From: Archangiaceae bacterium
GTDB taxonomy: Bacteria > Myxococcota > Myxococcia > Myxococcales > Myxococcaceae
Direction: 5' to 3'
Length of the DNA: 19,325 nucleotides
Assembly: GCA_043750125.1 (NCBI GenBank)
Contig: JAYVCD010000360.1
Span: 1-19,325 of the forward strand
Every line of letters starts with the position of its first letter. Position 1 is the first letter of the stretch. The position numbers were made by a program, and so were the translations under genes. The notes beneath the pieces were generated by a model, which saw nothing but the letters and a program-made list of their open reading frames with translations, ran no database searches and was not told the origin of the DNA. Shown here piece after piece: positions 1-6,109 of this stretch.

Positions 1-43
1 GAACGCACGCCGGGCTGTGCCCGGCAAGCTGTCCCCAGTTGCG

Positions 44-96
44 AGGTGGATCAGTTTCAGACCGCCAGGTGGATCACTTTCAAGCCGCCCGGATCA
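44..96. mobile_element. IS21-family-like terminal end: two tandem 23-bp repeats followed by a terminal ...GGATCA
   Basis: 44-66 AGGTGGATCAGTTTCAGACCGCC and 67-89 AGGTGGATCACTTTCAAGCCGCC match at 20/23 positions, followed by CGGATCA ending in CA at 95-96. Tandem subterminal transposase-binding repeats plus a terminal CA are characteristic of IS21 ends. istA/istB would lie left of the window. Confidence 0.6.
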
Positions 97-160
97 GCCC
101 GTTCAAGTGATCGCCCGACGGGGGATCGACGGATCGCTGGAGAGGCGGTAGGTCGAGAAG

Positions 161-592
161 ATGTCGATGGGACGCCGAGAACCGCAGCAGGACTCGATGC
201 TGTCACCAGCGGCCCGAGTCACATCTTCTACGACCGGCTGAACGCCCAACTCGACGAGCTAAAGTTCGATCTGAAGGTCGAAAAGCTCTGCGAGGGCTTC
301 TTCGAGGAAAAAGAAAAGCGAGGTCGCCCGTCGATCGCGCCGGGGATGTACTTCCGGATGCTGCTGGTTGCTGGTTGGGTACTTCGAGGGCATTGAATCC
401 GAGCGAGGCATCGAGTGGAGATGCACGGACTCGCTGTCGCTGAGGCGCTTCCTGCGGGTCGGGGACACCGAGCGAGTGCCGGACCATTCGACCCTGTCGC
501 GAATGCGGCAGCGGCTGGCCGAAGAGGTGTTCAGCGAAGTGTTCGACGTGGTGCTGGCCGCTGGTGGCGCAGCACGGTTTGTTGCAAGGCAC
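161..592 (+). pseudogene. IS1182/IS5-like (DUF772 N-terminal domain) transposase, 5' fragment with three frameshifts, truncated before the DDE domain
   Basis: Stitched reading: MSMGRREPQQDSM (161-199) / VTSGPSHIFYDRLNAQLDELKFDLKVEKLCEGFF...GRPSIAPGMYFRMLLV (202-369) / GYFEGIESERGIEWRCTDSLSLRRFL...VPDHSTLSRMRQRL...FDVVLA / LVAQHGLLQG (561-590). GRPS, SER and PDHSTLSR are hallmark DUF772 motifs. Frame changes occur near 200, at 363-376 (7-bp duplication) and near 560. Confidence 0.85.
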
Positions 593-1165
593 TCTGCGGA
601 GCGCGCCATCGCCTGGGTCGCGCGACTTTTGGAGCCTCGATTCGTCGGCACCGAGTCACGGTTGCTGACGGTGTTCCAGCTGCTGACCGACATGATCGAA
701 GGCAGCGAAGCGAACCCCGACGCGCGCCTGGCTGAGCTGCAGAAGAGGCGGGACGAAATCGACTCCGAGATGGGTCGGCTTCGGACTGGCCAGGTCGATC
801 TGATGGATCCGGCCGCGCTGCGAGAACGGTTTCAGCTGATGGCGAGCACCGCCCGCGAGCTCCTCGCCGACTTCCGTGAGCTCGAACAGAGCTTCCATCA
901 GCTCGATCGTGGCGTTCGCCAACGGATCGCGGCCTGGGATGGCGGTCGCGGAGCCTTGCTCGACAGCATTCTTGGCGAGCGCGATGCGATCGCCTCGTCG
1001 GACCAGGGCACGAGCTTCCGTGCATTTTGGGACTTCCTGATGTCCACCGAGCGGCAGGAAGAGTTCACCCAGAAGCTTCAGCGTGTTTTCGAGCTCCCGG
1101 CAATCGCCGAGACGGTGCCCGACCCGCGGTTGCGCAGAATCCACTACGACTGGCTCTCGGCTGGC
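593..1165 (+). pseudogene. jetA: Wadjet JetA (DUF3375) internal fragment, in frame with the upstream transposase remnant in ORF 368..1192
   Basis: AERAIAW...FVGTESRLLTVFQLL...GSEANPDARLAELQKRRDEID...ARELLADFRELE...DAIASSDQGTSFRAFWDFLMS...RLRRIHYDWL matches recognisable DUF3375 motifs. The N-terminus and the C-terminal part are absent. Confidence 0.85.
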
Positions 1166-1346
1166 CGACCAGATCGACGGCTACGTCAATAAGGTAAAGG
1201 ACCTGGGGTTCCTCCGCCCTCTTCGCGGTCGCGAGGGTGAGTACGAGGTCGTTCGTCTGCTGAAGACGTTCGTCGACGCTCAGAAGCTCGAAGAGCTGTT
1301 GGCGAGCTACCGCGCCCATGCCGCCACAGGCACGGACCTGCCGTGA
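1158..1346 (+). pseudogene. jetB: Wadjet JetB (DUF4194) C-terminal fragment
   Basis: RLADQIDGYVNKVKDLGFLRPLRGREGEYEVVRLLKTFVDAQ resembles the DUF4194 C-terminus. Its stop overlaps the next start (GTGA, 1343-1346), as in jetB-jetC coupling. Confidence 0.75.
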
Positions 1347-2074
1347 CCGCGAGCGAACCGCGTCAGGTGGATTTGCTCGATCTCGCAGCCCCGAGCGAAC
1401 GGGCCGGCTTCCGGCTCCATCGGCTCGAGATCCTCAACTGGGGGACCTTTGACCAGAAGGTCTGGAGTCTCGAGACGGGCGGAGAGACGTCGCTGCTCAC
1501 CGGGGACATCGGCTCAGGAAAATCTACCCTTGTCGACGCGCTGACCACGCTGCTGATCGCGCCTCAAAAAGTCGCATACAACAAGGCCGCCGGCGCCGAG
1601 GCTCGCGAGCGGAGCGTTCGCTCGTATTTCCTCGGCCACTACAAGGCGGAGCGCAGTGAGACGGGGGTCGGCGCGAAGCCCGTCTCATTGCGCGACGCGA
1701 ACAGCTGCTCGGTGCTCCTCGCGCACTTCTTCAACGAGGGCTACCAGCAAGACGTGACGCTCGCCCAGGTGTGCTGGATGCGGGAACAGGAGGGGCAGCC
1801 TGCGCGACTGTTCATCGTCGCCGACCAGAAGCTCTCGATCGCCGACCACTTCTCGAGCTTCAGCGACATCTCTCAGTTGCGCAAACGCCTCAAGACGCTC
1901 ACCAAAGAGGTCCACGAAACCTTCCCGCCGGGTTTCTATCCATGGGTCTTGCGTCCCGCGAGTGCTCGAGCGAAAGCCGACTGCCTGCTGGCGCTCAAGA
2001 CGGCAGCCCAACCGCCTCATCCCAGCCGCGTCTTCCAGGCTCTCGAGCGGTATTTCGAATACCTCACCGCCTGA
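1343..2074 (+). pseudogene. jetC: Wadjet JetC (SMC/MukB-like ATPase) N-terminal fragment, truncated at ~1930 and fused to an unrelated 47-aa tail
   Basis: GFRLHRLEILNWGTFD, Walker A TGDIGSGKSTLVDA, YNKAAGAEARERSVRSY. The ORF is only 243 aa, whereas JetC is normally over 1000 aa with coiled coils and a C-terminal Walker B. Similarity appears to end at HETFPP (1930). Confidence 0.85.
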
Positions 2075-2075
2075 C

Positions 2076-2699
2076 TCACCCGTCGGCAACCCGCCACAAG
2101 TACCAGGCCGCGACGGTCCGATACGGCCGCCACTTTTCACCCTGGGCCAGCAGCTGCCTGGGCGTCACCATCTTGCGCTTCCTGGCCAGCAGGCTGAAGC
2201 CGCGGCGCACCCCGAAGTCATCGACCGGAAAGACGTCGAGTCGGCCGAGGTGGAACATCAACATCATTTCGACGGTCCACCGGCCGATTCCGCGCACAAG
2301 GGTCAGCCGGGTGACGATCGCCTCTTCATCGAGGGTATGCAGCACCTTCGCCGTGGGCACCGTCCCATCGAGCACCTTCGCCGCCAGGTCTTTGAGCGCG
2401 AGCGACTTTCCGCGCGACAACCCGCAGGCGCGAAGGGTCGGCATCCGCGCGGCCTTCACCTGCTGCGGCGTGGGCCAGTCGCCCTTCCCCACCCGGTCCT
2501 TGAAACGCTGAAGGATCGTTTCTGCGGCCTTACCGTGCAGCTGCTGGTGACAGATGGACCTCGTCAGCGCTTGAAAGGGCTCGAAGTGCTTCACCCGCTT
2601 CAGCTCACACTTGCCGACCTTGGCGATGATTGTGGCGAACCGGGGGTCGACTTGAAGCAGATGCAACTGCGCCGCGCGGAGTTTCAAGGGAGTGCTCAA
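2076..2699 (-). CDS. alkA: DNA-3-methyladenine glycosylase II (AlkA/HhH-GPD family)
   Basis: PFQALTRSICHQQLHGKAA, LRACGLSRGK, HhH motif LTLVRGIGRWTVEM, FPVDDFGVRRG, WRPYRTVAAWYLW. Start placed at TTG 2699 (TTG 2687 is an alternative). The extension to 3167 is antisense to the receiver gene. Confidence 0.9.
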   Translation of the reverse strand: MSTPLKLRAAQLHLLQVDPRFATIIAKVGKCELKRVKHFEPFQALTRSICHQQLHGKAAETILQRFKDRVGKGDWPTPQQVKAARMPTLRACGLSRGKSLALKDLAAKVLDGTVPTAKVLHTLDEEAIVTRLTLVRGIGRWTVEMMLMFHLGRLDVFPVDDFGVRRGFSLLARKRKMVTPRQLLAQGEKWRPYRTVAAWYLWRVADG

Positions 2700-2744
2700 A
2701 GCCCGAAGAGTCTGCCCCGGTTCGGCTATGCTTCGGAGGCGTAA

Positions 2745-3143
2745 ATGACCTCTCCGACTGCAGCACGTGTCCCGGGAAAGATTCTCGTTATCGACGACGA
2801 TAAGTCGGCACGCCTGCTGCTCGAGCGCGTGCTCAGTCGCGCCGGCCACACCGTCACCCTGGTCGACAACGGCGAGCAGGGTCTGACCTTGTTGTCGAAA
2901 GACGCCTACGACTTGATCATCACCGACAAGAACCTGCCCGGCATCGATGGCCTCGAGGTGTTGCGTCTGGCGCGGGAACAGATTCCCAACCTCCAGGCGA
3001 TCGTCATCACCGGCTTTCCAACCCCCGAGACGAAGAGCTCTGCGCGCGATCTGGGGGTCTTCAGCTACGTCACCAAGCCCTTCGGGATTCTCGACATCCT
3101 GGGCACCTGCGACAGCGCCATTCGGGCAGCCCGCGGCGGATGA
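2745..3143 (+). CDS. Single-domain response regulator (CheY-like receiver)
   Basis: ILVIDDD, phospho-acceptor in IITDKNLPGIDG, ITG, YVTKPF. GGAGG ribosome-binding site just upstream of the ATG. No output domain. Confidence 0.93.
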   Translation: MTSPTAARVPGKILVIDDDKSARLLLERVLSRAGHTVTLVDNGEQGLTLLSKDAYDLIITDKNLPGIDGLEVLRLAREQIPNLQAIVITGFPTPETKSSARDLGVFSYVTKPFGILDILGTCDSAIRAARGG

Positions 3144-3174
3144 CGGACCCTTTTCCCGGAACAGCAAAGTCGCC

Positions 3175-4398
3175 TTGATTCAGGCGACGCCTTCTGACGC
3201 CCGGGGCGATCGCGATTGGATCATCGCGGCGGTAGCCCTCGGGTGCCTGGTGATCTCTTCCGCGCTGCTCGCCTGGGATCCTCGTCACGCCCAGGCTCCG
3301 GCCGTCGAATCCAAAGTCGTCGGCACGGTCAGCTTCAGCTCTGCAGATCTCCGCCGACGGCCCGCTTCCCGCCTCGGGTGGGACGAGGTGGGCCGGGGCG
3401 GCGTGGTCCACGAGCTCGACGCGCTGTTCGTGCCTCCGGGGGTTGAAGCCAAGGTCGCGTTCCTCGACGGCACCGTGCTCGAGCTCGACGAGAGATCCCT
3501 GGTGGTCATCGACCTCTCTCACGCCGGCCGGCGAAACGTCTCGGTTCGGCAGGGCAGCGTCGAAGGCCGCGCCGGCCCCGCGGGCCTGCTGCTCAGCACT
3601 CCGCAGGGAACCGCCCAGCTCTCGGCGCAATCGCAGGCGATCATCGAAGTGACCGGCGACGCGGTCGCGATGGCGGTGACCAAGGGCGATGGCCTGCTCG
3701 GCAGCACCGCGCTCGCCAGTGGAGAACGGGGGGACATGAGCGCCTCGGGAACGCAGGCCCAGGGCACCTGGCCGGTGAGCCTGTTGGAACCGGCGCGAAA
3801 CCAACGACGGTTTTTTCGCAGCCAGGCGCCTCCGCTGGAGTTTCGTTGGCAGAAGGTGGCGGGCGAAGCGCGGCTGCAGCTGGCCCGAGACCGCGGGTTC
3901 GCGTTCGTCCTCGAAGAGCACAGCGCATCCGAAGGCAGCTTCGTCTTCAACCGCGGTGGAGCTGGCGTTTTCTGGTGGCGCATCGTCAACGAAGCGGGTC
4001 AGCCGGTCTCTGAGTCCCGACGGATCACCGTCCTCGAAGACGTGCCTCCCACCTTGTTGAGCCCCCGCGACGGCGAGCTGGTGCTGAGCAGCGACAAGCA
4101 GATGGGCGTCTTCTCCTGGGTCGGGGTGCGGGGAGTCTCGAGCTACAAGCTCGAGGTGGCGCCCGTCGAGAGCTTCGAAAGCATTTCCTGGGGACGACAA
4201 GTCGAAGGCGGTCAGCTGCGGACGCCGCTTTCGCTCGATGAAGGCCGCTGGTTCTGGCGGGTGCGCACCCTCGATGAAGAGCGCGGCGAGTCCGGCCCTT
4301 CCCGACCCCAATCTTTTCGCCTGATTCACCGCGCGCTGCCCGAGGCCCCCGAGCTGCTCAACCCCGAGATCGAGGTGGAGCCTGCGCGCGGGAAGTAG
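3175..4398 (+). CDS. Membrane-anchored FecR-domain protein with two FN3/Ig-like repeats
   Basis: N-terminal TM segment WIIAAVALGCLVISSALLAW, then a FecR-like domain (DALFVPPGVEAKVAFLDGTVLELDERSLVVI...VRQGSV...LSTPQG). Two repeats follow with P.LL.P start, F.W, Y.L.A...F and WWRI/FWRV motifs. Start uncertain; TTG 3175 chosen. Confidence 0.8.
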   Translation: MIQATPSDARGDRDWIIAAVALGCLVISSALLAWDPRHAQAPAVESKVVGTVSFSSADLRRRPASRLGWDEVGRGGVVHELDALFVPPGVEAKVAFLDGTVLELDERSLVVIDLSHAGRRNVSVRQGSVEGRAGPAGLLLSTPQGTAQLSAQSQAIIEVTGDAVAMAVTKGDGLLGSTALASGERGDMSASGTQAQGTWPVSLLEPARNQRRFFRSQAPPLEFRWQKVAGEARLQLARDRGFAFVLEEHSASEGSFVFNRGGAGVFWWRIVNEAGQPVSESRRITVLEDVPPTLLSPRDGELVLSSDKQMGVFSWVGVRGVSSYKLEVAPVESFESISWGRQVEGGQLRTPLSLDEGRWFWRVRTLDEERGESGPSRPQSFRLIHRALPEAPELLNPEIEVEPARGK

Positions 4399-4411
4399 GG
4401 CCGGCTGGTGG

Positions 4412-6103
4412 GTGCTGCTGCTGGGGCTGTCGGCGTACGCCCAGACTGCGCGGGTGGTGCTGCGGTGGAAAGCGGCGCCGGGCCTGGTCAGCTACCAGGT
4501 ACAGATCGCCGGCGAGGCCGCCTTCTCGAAGATCGTCCTCGACGAAAAAGTGAACGAACCGGTGCTGAAGTGGGAATCACTGCCGACCACTGTTTTCTAT
4601 TGGCGGGTGCGGACCTTCGATACCGAAGGTCGGGCGAGCGAATGGAGCGCTCCCCGGCAGATCGCTCCGGCCACGGGCCCACCGGCTCCGAAGCTCCCCG
4701 CCGCCGGGACCACCCTGCTGTGCGCGACCGAGCCGGTCCCGCTGGTCCTCGAGACATCGGCGGTGTTGAAGGACTACATCCTCGAGCTTTCCACCGACGG
4801 GCTGTTCTCGCCGGGGCAGTTCACCGTGCTGACCAGCAAGACGGGCGAATTTCGAGCCGTGCTCCCGGCGGGCACGACCAGCTGGCGAGGCCGGGGAATC
4901 GATCTGACCGGGCGCACCACAGACCCCTCGGGTCCCCGGAAGCTGTCAGTGAAGCTGGCCGCCCCCAGAGTCAAGCCCGCACCCGATGTTCCCGCCGGCA
5001 CGTCGTCGGTCACCCTGGCCTGGACGGCTTCGCCCTGCGCCCGCAACTACCTCGTCGAGGCCAGCTACGAAGGCCCGGAGCACGCGGTGCACGAAGCCCA
5101 CGAGACACAGATGAGCTTCAAGCCGACGGGCGTGGGGGAATACCGCTTTCGCGTCGCCGCGCGGGACGACCAGGGCAACCAGTCAGACTGGAGCGCAGAA
5201 GGAAAGTTTCGGGTGCGGCTGCCCGCGCCGGTCGCCCGGGCCGAGACGGTGCGCCCTTCTGAAGCGAGCGGCAGTGAGGTCGAGCTGGCCTGGAACCCAT
5301 CGCCCCAGGCGGTGACCTACGGGGTCGAAGTGTCCCGGTCGGAGACCTTCAAGGACGCCACCCCGTTCAGCGTCACGACTTCCAGCCACCGGGCGAAGTG
5401 GGCCCCGGGGAAATACCTGTGGCGGGTGACCGCGCGCGATGGGGCCGGGCACCTGTCGTTCTCTTCTGAGCCCCGCAGCTTCGTCGTCCCAGCTCCTGGC
5501 GCCGAAGGGGTTCCCAAGGTTTCGATGCTCGCTCCGGTCGACGGTGCCGCAGTCGTGGGGTCCACGAGCGCCCCGGTTTCCTTCCCCCGCTCGCCGTCGG
5601 GGACACAGTTCGCGTCACTCACCCTGGCGGCAGTGCTCGGAGGCCGCTTCAATTTCGCGGCGGTTCATTCGCCGTCGGGGGTGCTGTCGTTGGGGTACCG
5701 CGCGAGCCCGGCCCACGGGTTGTTCACCGCTCAGCTCCGAGCGGAGATCTACGGCGCAGCCGCAACCGTGCAGAGCCCCGATGGCCCAATGGTCGCTCGG
5801 GTGACCGCGCCCTCGCTGAGTTTAGTGGTGGGCGCCCACCACTGCTTCGGGGTCTGGACTCTGTCCGGGGTCATTGGCGGCGGGGCCCAGGTTGCGGTGA
5901 GCGCGGTGGGAGAAGATTCCCAGACACAGGTGTTGCCCGCGTTCGAGCTCGTCACCGCTTTGGGCCGCCGGCTGGGCCCAGGCGCGGTGGAAGTCGAGCT
6001 TTCGTTTCTCTATTCGCGGCTCAACATTCCGCTCGCCCAATTACAAGCGGGAGGACTTTTCGTCGGCATCGGCTACCGTTTCGACCTTTCCGGGGGAAAG
6101 TAG
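4412..6103 (+). CDS. Exported protein with four FN3/Ig-like repeats and a C-terminal putative 8-stranded outer-membrane beta-barrel
   Basis: Signal-like WWVLLLGLSAYA|Q; a CTG at 4382 after GAGGTGGAG is a possible start. Repeats carry L.W...Y.V......F and YWRV/YRFRV/YLWRV...SEWS/SDWS motifs. The C-terminal ~160 aa has alternating hydrophobic strands ending GGLFVGIGYRF. Confidence 0.75.
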   Translation: MLLLGLSAYAQTARVVLRWKAAPGLVSYQVQIAGEAAFSKIVLDEKVNEPVLKWESLPTTVFYWRVRTFDTEGRASEWSAPRQIAPATGPPAPKLPAAGTTLLCATEPVPLVLETSAVLKDYILELSTDGLFSPGQFTVLTSKTGEFRAVLPAGTTSWRGRGIDLTGRTTDPSGPRKLSVKLAAPRVKPAPDVPAGTSSVTLAWTASPCARNYLVEASYEGPEHAVHEAHETQMSFKPTGVGEYRFRVAARDDQGNQSDWSAEGKFRVRLPAPVARAETVRPSEASGSEVELAWNPSPQAVTYGVEVSRSETFKDATPFSVTTSSHRAKWAPGKYLWRVTARDGAGHLSFSSEPRSFVVPAPGAEGVPKVSMLAPVDGAAVVGSTSAPVSFPRSPSGTQFASLTLAAVLGGRFNFAAVHSPSGVLSLGYRASPAHGLFTAQLRAEIYGAAATVQSPDGPMVARVTAPSLSLVVGAHHCFGVWTLSGVIGGGAQVAVSAVGEDSQTQVLPAFELVTALGRRLGPGAVEVELSFLYSRLNIPLAQLQAGGLFVGIGYRFDLSGGK

Positions 6104-6109
6104 TCCTTC

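Noticed and set aside
44-96. Tandem 23-bp repeats as a CRISPR array
   Set aside because: Only two adjacent copies with no spacers and no cas genes; an IS21-type end fits better.
46-396. 116-aa ORF as an independent gene
   Set aside because: Its N-terminus reads through IS-end DNA; only 202-369 is real coding sequence, part of the broken transposase.
1931-2075. tRNA or att site at the island boundary
   Set aside because: I could not find a cloverleaf, a T-loop/CCA arrangement or a flanking direct repeat.
2700-3167. N-terminal extension of AlkA (363-aa ORF)
   Set aside because: It is antisense to the well-formed receiver gene 2745..3143; AlkA similarity starts near 2699.
2947-3174. N-terminal extension of the FecR protein
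   Set aside because: It overlaps the receiver gene in another frame and reads as low-complexity Ser/Pro/Arg shadow sequence.
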